DNA of 60,925 nucleotides, filler included, from Asterionella formosa (lineage: Eukaryota), in the NCBI GenBank assembly GCA_002256025.1. It is 17 parts of 17 records of this genome, joined end to end, with 100 filler letters (N's around TTAATTAATTAA, not from the genome) between each part and the next. Parts side by side here need not be neighbours in the genome. Positions count along the whole stretch, not along the records: positions 21,584 to 25,078 come from NKIB01014108.1; positions 25,179 to 28,673 come from NKIB01014109.1; positions 28,774 to 32,266 come from NKIB01014110.1; positions 32,367 to 35,858 come from NKIB01014111.1; 13 more parts are not named here. The stretch is one strand, 5' to 3'. Below the pieces are notes generated by a model. The model did not search any database. It was given only the letters and a program-made list of their open reading frames with translations, and had not been told where the DNA came from. Position 1 is the first letter of the stretch; every line of letters starts with the position of its first letter. Below are positions 22,707 to 33,479 of this stretch, one piece after another. Position numbers and translations under genes: made by a program.

Positions 22707-24413
22707 ATGTCAGTTCCATCAACTGCATCTGAGACCCAATGCAGAATTGTAGAAGGATCTGCAACGATGCTGGTTCCGGCCGATCAGGAACAAGCTGTCT
22801 TTTACAACCCTGTTCAAGTACAAAACCGAGACTTATCTATTCTCATGATTACTCTCTACGGCGAACGACGACGGAAGCGCCTGGCATTGGAAGCCAAGAA
22901 GAAGGAACTTCGCGCTTCCATGTTAAAAGGAGAGGATCTGAAGAGTCACTTGGCAGAATACGAGACGAATCTTGATCCAACTCAGCTTGTCAGATATGAA
23001 GATTCCGCAGCAGATGGTCTCCATATTTTGGATGCGCTTGCTGCCTCGGGGCTAAGATCGATTCGCTACTGGAAAGAAATACCTGGGGTAAAGCATGTTA
23101 CAATCAATGATCTAGACCCTGCAGCCGTAGATAGAGCTCACGATAATATCAAGGTCAATGGATTGCAGACTGTTCTGTTAGACGAATCAAATGAACGTGG
23201 ACATGGAATTCGCATCCAAAACGGGGACGCAACTCATGAAATGTACATGTCACGAAGACAACCTGGTTTACTAGAGCCAAGTCCCTTGCAACTGAAACAG
23301 AAGGAGCAGTGGGATATCATTGATTTGGATCCTTATGGATCTGCGGCTCCTTTTATTGATGGTGCAATCCAGGCTGTCAAGGATGGAGGCATGTTGAACA
23401 TCACTTGTACAGATATGGCGGCACTTGGCGGCTCACACCCTGAGACCTGTTACGGAAGGTATGCGAGCATGCCAATTCAACGTGCCCATTACTTGCAGGA
23501 ATCAGCCTTACGAAATCTGCTATACACTCTGGCCGTTTCGGCAGCAAGGTATGGACGAACCATCCGCCCAATCTTGAGCGTGGGAATGAATTTTTACGTT
23601 AGATGTTTTGTGGAAGTAAACAACGACAAATCGGGTGTAAGTGAATTGTCTTTGAAGATTGGTTCCATCTACCAGTCAACACAGTGCCCGTCCTTTCACA
23701 CTGTACCTCATGGATCATATGGCTCAAAAGGGCGACATATTTATCAAGCGAACCGAGCGCCACTTGTCCCGCAATGTGAAGAGACAGGTGCACAATTTAA
23801 GGTTGGAGGACCAATATGGTTAGGTCCGTTGCATGCCAAAGATGTGGTTGATGAAGCTTTACAGCGCCTTGTGTCGAAGAAGGATTCCATTTTACCAGAC
23901 ATGGCATTAATTGCTACGAAAGAACGGCTAGTGGGACTTTTGACCAGTGTAAGCGAAGAGCTGATCGATGTCCCACTCTTCTATACGCTGCCACTTTTGG
24001 GACAGACTCTGAAAACGCACACACCCCCAATTCAGCAGTTCAAGGCCGCCATTGTCAATGCTGGATATCGAGTTAGTGGCTATCACAAGGAGCCGCAAGC
24101 AATCAAGACAGATGCTCCTAACCTTGTCATTTGGGATATCATGAGAGTGTGGCATAAAGCACAACCACAGAAGGAATTAAGTAAGAAGGAGAAGACAAAA
24201 AACGAGGGGAAGATCGAGATTTCTTCAGCAGCAGACAAGATTTTGGCGGTTGAGCCCACTATCGTGGTTGATTGGACTATTCCCAATACTTGTGAACCAG
24301 TCAAGAAAGTATCACGGTTTCCACAAAACCCAGAAAAACACTGGGGACCAAAGAAAGCTGCAACTGGAATTAAACGGAAGGCAGGCGACCAGCATCCTGA
24401 GACTATTTGTTAA
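22707..24413 (+). CDS. TRM1: tRNA (guanine(26)-N2)-dimethyltransferase Trm1
   Basis: VFYNPVQVQNRDLS, ILDALAASGLRSIRY, IDLDPYGSAAPFID, GGMLNITCTDMA, GGPIWLGPLH and KTDAP motifs. Intronless, first ATG at 22707. Confidence 0.97.
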   Translation: MSVPSTASETQCRIVEGSATMLVPADQEQAVFYNPVQVQNRDLSILMITLYGERRRKRLALEAKKKELRASMLKGEDLKSHLAEYETNLDPTQLVRYEDSAADGLHILDALAASGLRSIRYWKEIPGVKHVTINDLDPAAVDRAHDNIKVNGLQTVLLDESNERGHGIRIQNGDATHEMYMSRRQPGLLEPSPLQLKQKEQWDIIDLDPYGSAAPFIDGAIQAVKDGGMLNITCTDMAALGGSHPETCYGRYASMPIQRAHYLQESALRNLLYTLAVSAARYGRTIRPILSVGMNFYVRCFVEVNNDKSGVSELSLKIGSIYQSTQCPSFHTVPHGSYGSKGRHIYQANRAPLVPQCEETGAQFKVGGPIWLGPLHAKDVVDEALQRLVSKKDSILPDMALIATKERLVGLLTSVSEELIDVPLFYTLPLLGQTLKTHTPPIQQFKAAIVNAGYRVSGYHKEPQAIKTDAPNLVIWDIMRVWHKAQPQKELSKKEKTKNEGKIEISSAADKILAVEPTIVVDWTIPNTCEPVKKVSRFPQNPEKHWGPKKAATGIKRKAGDQHPETIC

Positions 24414-25178
24414 GTAAAAATAGCTTTATACCATATCGTGGCGTCAACCCCTGATGACTAAATGATTTCTTACCAAAGAACCGAAACGAAGCCATTATCG
24501 GAAGAGTGGAAAAGGGAAAATGGCGGTTTAGGTATATCTGTACTTTGAACTGGCAATGTGATGAGGTGCAACTGAATTGGAATTTAGCGTTTTGAGTTGC
24601 CATAACTTTGAATTGTTCTTTATGCGACGATTCCTTCCCCACTACCCTGTCATCCTCATCATTGCCATCAAAGTATTGGTACCATAATTTTTTTCATGGA
24701 CACAAGAAACGGTTGAGAAGTTGTACGTGAAACGAGTCCAGAACCATCAGAAATCTATCGTTTGATTAGAGGTACGACTGGGATAGTTTGGTTATGGCGT
24801 TTATCAACAAAATTTCAGATAGTCCAAGTTAAACTTGATTTAACTAGCTTTTTAATTTTACATTATCGCCAAGAAGGGAGCAGTAGGTGAATGAAAATTT
24901 CCGTTATCATCTAAACACCCCCGTTGCACAAAGGGTTACATTGTACTGGACAAAAATCCGCACCAGTTAAATCCGAGTTGTACACTTTAGTAGAGCAGTA
25001 AATGTGACCAGATCTGTCAGGTCCCATGATTGAACAACCGATTCGAACAAGGTAAAGTCCATTTCCCCCGCCTTCAGGNNNNNNNNNNNNNNNNNNNNNN
25101 NNNNNNNNNNNNNNNNNNNNNNTTAATTAATTAANNNNNNNNNNNNNNNNNNNNNNNNNNNNNNNNNNNNNNNNNNNN

Positions 25179-25940
25179 GTTCATAATCATTCAATTAAGA
25201 GTTTACAGGAGAGAAGAAACCATTCGAACTTGTAATGTTTCCGCACACAGCGCACAAAGTATATCCGTTTCGTCCACTTCAGCATGACAATCTCGCCAAT
25301 CAACCCATAAACAAACACATTCTACTTGTTCTCGTTGAAATTTTCAATTCTCACATGATACTACATCTACTATTGAGATTCAGCATAGAAGGAGATACGA
25401 AAATGTGCGTAACAGACTACTGTCCACATAGCTATAGTTATAGAATGATTCTGATTAGAACGCATTTCATTTTCATATCGCTCGCTCGTTTCTGCACTTG
25501 AATTAACTATTGAACTTGTCCGCATCTTTGATACCATCAAGAGAGCGAAAGCAAGTGGCTCTTTTCATTGTTGTTTGCTCGTAGGAAGAATTTGATATCT
25601 GTATCGTCATTTGCTTGTTGGAATGGTCCGTTGCCTCAAACTTGCTTGGCGTGTGCGTGCACACACTGTCGACTTGTTTTCAATGGTATGTTGTTCTTGT
25701 ATTCACTGTTGAACTTGTCCGTATCTTTGTTACCATCAATAGAGCGACAAGTGGGTCTCTTCATTGTTGTTTGCTCCTGGAAAAGTCGGTTTCCGTGTCA
25801 TCCTCATCAATAGAGAGACAAGTTCTTTCGTTGGAAAAATTGGTACACGTGGTATCATCATTCGCTCGTTGGAACCACTGTCCGTTGCCTCAAACCTGAT
25901 TAGCGTTTGAGTACCGGTATGTGCACCGTCGACTTTTGTA
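25179..25940. repeat. Dispersed block A (inverted) and block B (two tandem degenerate copies), shared with 7620-8220
   Basis: TGAACTTGTCCG at about 25511 and 25709, and TCCGTTGCCTCAAAC twice. GAAAAGTCGGT.TCCGTGTCATC is shared with about 8055. Confidence 0.8.
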
Positions 25941-26604
25941 CATTACAGGCGGAGTGACTTCGCTACTAAATTGCGTGATATAATAATATACCCTGTAGCA
26001 CAATGCAGAATACAGTTGCTTCCCAATCATCTCATCATAATTGATAAGATGATACTGTGATATCATGATAAGGTTACATCGATGCATACATCACCAAAGT
26101 ATGATGGGTAATAATGAATAAAGTGCATCACAGAACTATGATACACTGATCATAAAATTATGATGATTTTATAAAATGTTTATGATATAATTTTGATCAA
26201 AATATGATTATGTTAAAATAATACAATGATAATAAAATACGATAAAATATGTACACAAGTGTTACCAAGACATCATAGAAAATAAATCAAGCAATCATAA
26301 AGTATGTTAATTAGTATATGTGTTTGTCGTTTAATGTATACAGTTAGAGTCAACAGTTAATATGATAGTATTATACAGTGCATAGGATCTAAGTATACGG
26401 ATGCGTTGATATGTACATCACTATAATATGATTTGTGATATGGATTGATGCATATCACATACCGGTATCCTCAACAACCGGCCATCACGTTCATTGTCGT
26501 GTCGTCTTCCCTTGTTTTAGCTATATACCGGTATATGCCAGCATGTGTATTGTGTAAACACTACGCTGGCGGAACATGCATATTACACTGTGCTCTGTTT
26601 AACA

Positions 26605-26780
26605 AGGAAGTGTAGCAACTGTTGGCAGATCAATAGGCGAAATCACTGGAGAAACAGATGTAATAGGACCCTCTGTGATTGGGCTAGGAGAAACGACTGG
26701 AGATACAGAAGAAACTGGGGGTGCATCAGGAGGAAGTGTAGCAAGTGTTGTTCGATCAATAGGCGAAATCACTGGAGAAA
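26605..26780 (-). pseudogene. Pro/Ser/Thr-rich mucin-like coding fragment with a 126-bp internal repeat
   Basis: SPVISPIDRTTLATLPP...SPVISPIDLPTVATLP. AGGAAGTGTAGCAA starts at 26605 and 26731. Confidence 0.55.
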
Positions 26781-27501
26781 GCAATGAATTTACCAGGGAA
26801 GAGAAGCTTCTCTGTAATAAATTTAGATCCGGTGTAGAGGAACGGAGTGCCAATGAGGAGGAAGAACAAGAACAACGGGTTGATTCTCAACACAGTCGAC
26901 AAGAGTTCGAGACCAATACCAAGCCAAACACTTGTGAGAATAATAATGGCGGGAAGGTAGAGAAGATTTGATCTGAATTGGTCTTCTTTCAATGTGACAG
27001 TGCAAATTCCAGTGTCGATCTAGCATTTTGCAGATGTTGAGACTGCAAACTTCGATCCAGTTTCCTTGAGCTCCGTCTTCAATGCGTCAAACTCAGCATC
27101 TGGCATCATCGGTTCACCTTTCAAGTATGCCTGCATAGCGGCGAAATATGTGGCTTCCTTTCGGTTCATGACAACCATGTCAGATCCGTTCCATTGCAAA
27201 TCTTCCTTCAATAGGTCAAACTCGTCATCCTTGAGCATTTGCCTTCCAGTGGCATAGTAGGACTGAAGCGCGTCCAGAAAGATACGCTCCTTTTCGGCTA
27301 CTGTGAGACGAATGAGTTCCCCACTTTCCGGATCGACGACACAGTATTCCTCGTCAGGAATGCATTCTTCTTCCTGCAAGTTAGTCTCAAAGAATCGTCC
27401 AGACTTGGCGTCGTAAGCGATTTCTCTCGTTCCGCTCGTAATGGTGATCTTTTTGTCGCTTCCTTCTTCGGCCATTAAAAGTGGACCAGCAACACGACCA
27501 G
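26780..27501 (-). pseudogene. PGRL1: PGR5-like protein 1 fragment: truncated at both ends, with an in-frame TAG at 27020-27022
   Basis: FLDALQSYYATGRQMLKDDEFDLLKEDLQWNGS...AYLKGEPMMPDAEFDALKTELKETGSKFAV. The same frame continues past the stop as KC*IDTGICTVTLKEDQFRSNLLYLP plus two hydrophobic helices. The signal peptide and C-terminal CxxC domain are missing. Confidence 0.9.
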
Positions 27502-27554
27502 CTGTTGTCGTTGTCTTCCTTAAAGTTCGATGATCTTAAATTCATTTACCGGTA

Positions 27555-28025
27555 CTGTCCCGCTGTAGTAGCAGCAGTCATAGACATATGGTGTTCTATT
27601 GCTTGCTTATTACTCCGACTACCGGTACCGCTTTTCAGTTTCACGATCATACAATCCTAAAACTATCATGATTTACTATGGTGTGATATTGCTTGCTTAT
27701 TACTCCGACTACCGCTTTTCAGTTTCAAGATCATACAATCCTAAAACTATGATAATTTACTGTCCCACTGCAGTGTGGTAGCAACAGTTCTGAACATATG
27801 GTTTTCTATTTGTTTTTAGTTTTACGATCATATGATCCTAAAACTATGATGATTTACTGTCCTACTATATTGCAACAGTCATGAACATATGGTGTTCTTT
27901 TGGATTTTTGTTTTACGATCATACGATCCTAAAACTATGATGATTTACTGTCCCACTTAATTTGCAACAGTCATGAACATATGGTGTTCTGTTGCTAGTT
28001 TACTACTCCGACTACCCCCAGTATA
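27555..28025. repeat. Tandem array of about 80-95-bp units (4-5 imperfect copies); single copy at 47672-47800 on the opposite strand
   Basis: Recurrent GATCATACAATCCTAAAACTATGATGATTTACTGTCC...GCAACAGTCATGAACATATGGTGTTCT. Confidence 0.9.
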
Positions 28026-28499
28026 AGCAATACTTTATTTTTTTGACTTAGGGCTGAAATACAGGAACCTTAAACAAAAAGAATTTAATTGACAATCTGC
28101 TGAGAAAATAGGACCTAACTCTTTGGTTCAGCAAGATTTCGTCAACCACGCACTTGCAGTTAATCTCTGGTACTTGTACAGGTACCTGGTACCTGGTACC
28201 AAGAGGACTGGTACCAGTTCCACCAGGTAGTGAGGGTACACATAGACACCTGGTACAAGTTCTACGTGGGTGTTCATTGATTTTCTTATCCTATACACAA
28301 ACGCACCCACGCATGGCACACACTGAACTCCTCCTACCTAGTACAGTAAGAACCAGGTAACAGTAATTAATCAACAGCCAAGGAGATCATGGTGAGCAAT
28401 CCTGCACATCGATACAGATATATATAGAGTTGGGGTTATGTCAAATATATCGGAATTCAATAATGAGAGAACTCGACTAACACCCATTCTATACTTTGA

Positions 28500-28673
28500 T
28501 GTCAGTTCAGGAAATGAGTTATACATAAGGATTAATTAATAAGCTCATATATTCAACAAATACTACTACTTCTAGTTAGATACTTCACTTTGAATTCAAA
28601 AAGAGTCGAATTAGAAGACAACAAACATGGCAATGTATTCAAGGGTTCCTGTGATTCCTTTGATCAAAGACTA
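28500..28673 (+). mobile_element. 5' internal end of the gypsy-like family seen at 19660-20860
   Basis: TTAGATACTTCACTTTGAATTCAAAAAGAGT...AACATGGCAATGTATTCAAGGGTTCCTG matches the reverse complement of 20600-20690. Confidence 0.75.
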
Positions 28674-28773
28674 NNNNNNNNNNNNNNNNNNNNNNNNNNN
28701 NNNNNNNNNNNNNNNNNTTAATTAATTAANNNNNNNNNNNNNNNNNNNNNNNNNNNNNNNNNNNNNNNNNNNN

Positions 28774-29859
28774 GAGAAAGGTGACGTCGTTGAGCCTGCA
28801 ACACAAATGCATGCTTTAATGATTACCAAAAGAAAAGCTGCTATTGCAACGATTAATTCCACCATGCTTTCACGTGTGCATCGTACAGCCTCGACGGGAA
28901 TACAACTGGACATGAATCGACGCAATGCCATTGCTGAATCCTTGAAGAACAAGAACCAAAAGCAAGTACATCTATTGAAGAATGTCAGAAACGTTCAACA
29001 ACGTCGTCACCATGCCTTGACTTTGAAAGAGAAACGAATACACATTGCTGCCGCTCGTAACTACAAGCCAACAGCACTTCTGGGAAACCGCATCATTTAC
29101 TACTTACATATCCACAAGACGGGAGGGACCACCTTATGTGGAACTGCCTTCCTCAATGGGATGAGAGTAAACACGAAAAGAAATTGCAATGTTCAAGCAG
29201 ATCAACGCTGTTGTGGTGGAGAAGATAGTATGCAAGTGCAAGTATCGTATGCCCAAAAAACAAACTACCAGCTTGTTGCCAGTGAACAAGAAATGTATGA
29301 TGCGATGAACAAGAAATATTATTTTTATGTGGTGTCGCTACGAAATTCTCAAGCACGATACTTGTCTCATTGGAACCATGTTCGGAAGACAAAAAAATTA
29401 TTTATACCGCCCTTTCGAGAGTGGTGGGAGCACCAGCCGGATAATTTCCAATTACGTATGATCTGTGGGGTCTCGTGTATTGATACACCCAAGTATCAAA
29501 TCAGCAAAGCTCAATTCGACTACACAGTGAAGCGTCTGAAGAATTTTGAAGGGTTTGTATTCGTGGAGAACTTTAAAGTCAGTATGGAGAAGCTTTCCAA
29601 GAAATTGGGTTGGACCGTCAACACCCCTGTCGCGAAAAATATTGCCCCTGAGTATCCTAGACTCCCCAATGAGTATTGGGAAGATTTCATGTCTGTATTG
29701 GACGACGCATTGTATGAATATGCGCTGCAATTGGACGAAGGGTCAAAATCTTTGATTCTATCCGAGGATACCTTGAAACGATCGGAGGCCTACTTTGCAG
29801 AGGGACTTACGCATGGTTGTAGTGATCGTTGCTGTGGCAACTGTTCCAAATATCGATAA
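28774..29859 (+). CDS. Sulfotransferase family protein (Golgi carbohydrate sulfotransferase-like), 5'-truncated
   Basis: 5'-PSB motif YYLHIHKTGGTT and 3'-PB motif VSLRNSQARYLSHWNH. The frame is open from the fragment edge. Confidence 0.85.
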   Translation, partial: EKGDVVEPATQMHALMITKRKAAIATINSTMLSRVHRTASTGIQLDMNRRNAIAESLKNKNQKQVHLLKNVRNVQQRRHHALTLKEKRIHIAAARNYKPTALLGNRIIYYLHIHKTGGTTLCGTAFLNGMRVNTKRNCNVQADQRCCGGEDSMQVQVSYAQKTNYQLVASEQEMYDAMNKKYYFYVVSLRNSQARYLSHWNHVRKTKKLFIPPFREWWEHQPDNFQLRMICGVSCIDTPKYQISKAQFDYTVKRLKNFEGFVFVENFKVSMEKLSKKLGWTVNTPVAKNIAPEYPRLPNEYWEDFMSVLDDALYEYALQLDEGSKSLILSEDTLKRSEAYFAEGLTHGCSDRCCGNCSKYR

Positions 29860-30010
29860 CAAGGGGCAATTTGTTTGTAAATGGGTCAAATTATGTTAAA
29901 CTACTCTTTCTTTCACCTTCAATGCATGGTGTATTACCTAAATACATATACTTAAACTTTTTATCCATCGTTCTCATTCCAACATATCCAACTCAAGACC
30001 GGTTCTTCAC

Positions 30011-32050
30011 TCAGGCCATCATGACAACACCGATGGCAAGGACAAGTCCAATAGTCATACTAACCCTGTCAAGGGCTGTAAGAGCACCCGACGTGGATGT
30101 AGCTCCAGGAGCAATAGTAGATTCCGTTGCCTCAGGAGGTCCCACTCCCTCCACATCGTTGGGAAATGTGGGAGCGTAGACAACACGACTAGGAGGTCCA
30201 GTTAGGTTCACTTGACATTTAACCTGCTGGGTTGACATGTCGACAATCACAATCGAGTTGGGGTAGTTTGACACAGATGCGTCATACTTCTTACCACGTT
30301 TGTGACTACGATACGTGCGTCCGTAGGTGCATTCGTCAGCATTAGAATATGAAACGCCCTGTTGGACAGCACCAGCGTTGGGGATCAATTTGGCTTCAGG
30401 GTTAGACCCATCCACAACGGCACCGAGGTCGATGCAAGCCACTCCAGTCTTATTGAGGTCCACTTCGAATTCCTTGTCGCACGATCCACACTGAGGAGTA
30501 CAGGTGCAGGTGCCATTGACAAAGTTGCTCGAGTTGGAACACGCCAAACATGCGGTATTATTGGTAACACTAGTGACACGCATGAGCTGGTTGGGGGAGA
30601 CACCATTCACAAAGGAATGCAGACAGACTCCATTGTTAACGTCTTCGGCAGTTGAAGCATTAGTACATCCATTGTAGTAGTCGCACTTGACATATCCAGT
30701 GCCATTAATCTGATCAGCGTTAGGATTATTCGTCAAGGGCATGCATGCCATGAAATCGGCACCACCATCCACGTCATCAAGTGGGTAGAATGACGGGGTG
30801 TCGGGCCGACCTGGGACATTGGCGTTAAACACATTTGTGCTCTTAACACCGTTGGCGTTTGGCTTGAACACGTGAAGCTTCTCGTCTCCCTTGTTTGCAG
30901 CAACCACGTAGGACCCATCTGGGACTTCGTAGAGAGCTCCTGTAATGTCAAAGTGCTGTGCAACAAAGACAATCTTGTCGGGATCGTCCACATCAAATTC
31001 AAGAGTTGCACTTCCCCCGACACATTCGGCATAAATGTGTTGATTGACAGAAGAATAGGCAATGCCATGAAGACCAAAGCAAGTACCATCAAGAACGTCC
31101 TTGCTGAAATCATATGATCTCGTGAGTTCACCATCCAACATGTCCAATTGAAACAAGAACCGTTCCCCTGTTGATGTGGCATAGCCTCTGTTGCCGAGAG
31201 TACCGTCTTCATCCCAAAGGAGCTTGCCATGAAAGAAGAATTCTTCGTGGGCCTTGACCTTGTCACTGTACTTGGTTAGATCAGAAAGATCAATCACATA
31301 AAAGTGACCTGTTCCAGGGCAGAAAACAGAGTGAGCATGTACTAGTCCCTTTTGTGGATGGCAACGTGTTCTTGAATGATAGTTGCCGTTCAATCACCTA
31401 CCATCGTCATCTGAATGAGTCCAGAACTCATCACGTGTATGAATGCCTTAGGGTGAAACAGGTTGGTAAAGGAAAAGGAGAAAAGTGAGAAAATCAATAC
31501 AAAAGGTTGGATTCAGGTTCAGAAGCAAAATTCATCGAACAATAACTAATCTAAGTAATTAAGATACGACTCCTGCAAATCCACCAAACACACAATACAA
31601 ACCGTGAAACGTACCATAGGAATGAACCACCCCCGGACCAACTTGGACAATAGAAGTAACTGCGCGGGATTCCGTACTAACGGCGTAAACGTCAGATACT
31701 TTATCGCCAGTAGCGTTGTCGTAGCGGTTCACGCCACTGTTGATCATCACATACCCTCGAATGGAGTGGTCATGGTTTTCATGAAGTTGACGACGGGAAT
31801 CGGAAACTGTCCGATTGTGAAATTGCATGTATATTCCATCTGCCCAACGATCTGGAAGCGGGTTTCCGAACTGATCCTTATCAATGGTGGTTTCGATCAG
31901 GCACGTTTCTGGGTTGATGACCGCAATGCCTCCACTGTAAAAAGCCCAGAAGTTACCATCAAGGTTGGCATAACCTTCGTCACCATACAAGACAGCCTGT
32001 GTCGAGACAAGAGAGCTTAGGAGGAAGAAAGTAACAGGGATTTGCATCAT
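30011..32050 (-). CDS. Secreted Cys-rich beta-propeller (FSTL4/5- or YVTN-like) with probable GPI or membrane anchor; exons 32050-31615, 31446-31402, 31308-30011
   Basis: Signal peptide MMQIPVTFFLLSSLVSTQA. Two phase-1 GT-AG introns give a continuous frame (HSYG|IHTRDEFWTHSDDDG|HFYVIDL). A S/T/P/A linker precedes a hydrophobic C-terminal tail. Confidence 0.85.
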
Positions 32051-33479
32051 TAAGGCTTTTTGTTTAGGAGATTGTAAGTTGTATCTGACAAGATCAAAGG
32101 ATCTACCGGTACTACAACGTGATCTTTTGCTACTTGCATACCACAGGGTGTTAATTTTGCTCGGTGGACTTTCCCCTCCTTCTGCCAATCGCTTGCAGAT
32201 TTGTTTCTGTGCAGTTTTGAGTGGTCGAACGAATCAATCGGACAAATTGGTTTGTCACATATCGTTNNNNNNNNNNNNNNNNNNNNNNNNNNNNNNNNNN
32301 NNNNNNNNNNTTAATTAATTAANNNNNNNNNNNNNNNNNNNNNNNNNNNNNNNNNNNNNNNNNNNNGTTTGCGATAGCTCATTGAGATTGACGACTTTTC
32401 GTTTGTCATTGTAGAAGATTATGCAGAAGTAACAAAAGTAATATTGTGATTAGAAAGCAATGAAACAATGCTATTGTAGGGCAGCGGAAAAAAAGCCAAC
32501 ACGTGACCCCTAAAACTTGCTGCCGAGATCTGATTAGAGATAGTGTAGAACACGTAGAAAACATACTACAAAATATAGTTGAAATTTAACGGCTGATCAT
32601 ATCTGACGAAAATACCGGTTCAATGGCGCGATGGAAGCCTAACTTTGACCTATCATAACGTTTTGAGTTTTGATACTCAACGACTGATTGATGTCGCTTT
32701 TGAACAATCATTAATTTATTTATCACTATATATATCAAATATAGCGAAGGAGTTGACCGGAAAGGCTATCGGAAATCAACAGAAAGGGGAACCGAAATTT
32801 TGGCGCCACTGTGACGAAGCAAGCACTAAATGACATGTTACAAGGAGCTTCGACACTTTTACAGTAATTACTCAACAAATAAGACTACGACTACGTCGAT
32901 AACAAGAATAATTGGAGCAACAGATGTTAAATAAGTTATTTATCTACTGAGAATTGATTGATTACGAATTGGCATGTGAAAGCTGACAAATGTCAAATAT
33001 GCTGTCAAAACTACTACTAGTAATAACCTATAGTTAATGTTTGACAGCCCCTTCATGCAGCATACATGTGAGTGCTTAAAGGAGTACAGAACAGGCATGC
33101 CGGTATGTATATATGTATATAAAAATAAAATCAGAGCAAGCATTCCAATCGGGGCGCGATTCCACAAAAAACGCGCCAAAAAAGTAAATCGAAATGTACA
33201 ACATTAGGTTCGTAATAATTTTTGAATAGGAAGGGCTATTAGCTGGAGAATTTTCGGAGCTTGCACTTCATGAGAGGCAGTGACCAAAAGTCTGGTTGCA
33301 CCTTGAAAGAGTCTATTGACTATTGCGACTGACTTGACTAATTAGATTAGGAGTTTGGAACTTGAGGCTTAAGGCTTCTAATTTGGACTTCTCGTTGACG
33401 ATTCTCTGGCTTCTCGAATTGAGGTTCACCTCTGGGTTTCCAAACTAGTTCTATATTCTCATCATTTCTGTTTAACAAA

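Noticed and set aside
26520..26572. Helitron 3' hairpin (GCCAGC...GCTGGC)
   Set aside because: Loop too long and no well-placed CTRR end; no Rep/helicase recognised. Kept only as an alternative explanation for the capture.
27020..27022. In-frame TAG in PGRL1 as stop-codon reassignment or readthrough
   Set aside because: TAG ends an intact gene in the window (TFIIF beta), and this copy is also truncated at both ends. A Tyr-to-stop mutation is simpler.
27555..28025. CRISPR array
   Set aside because: Whole units repeat imperfectly with no unique spacers, there are no cas genes, and the context is eukaryotic.
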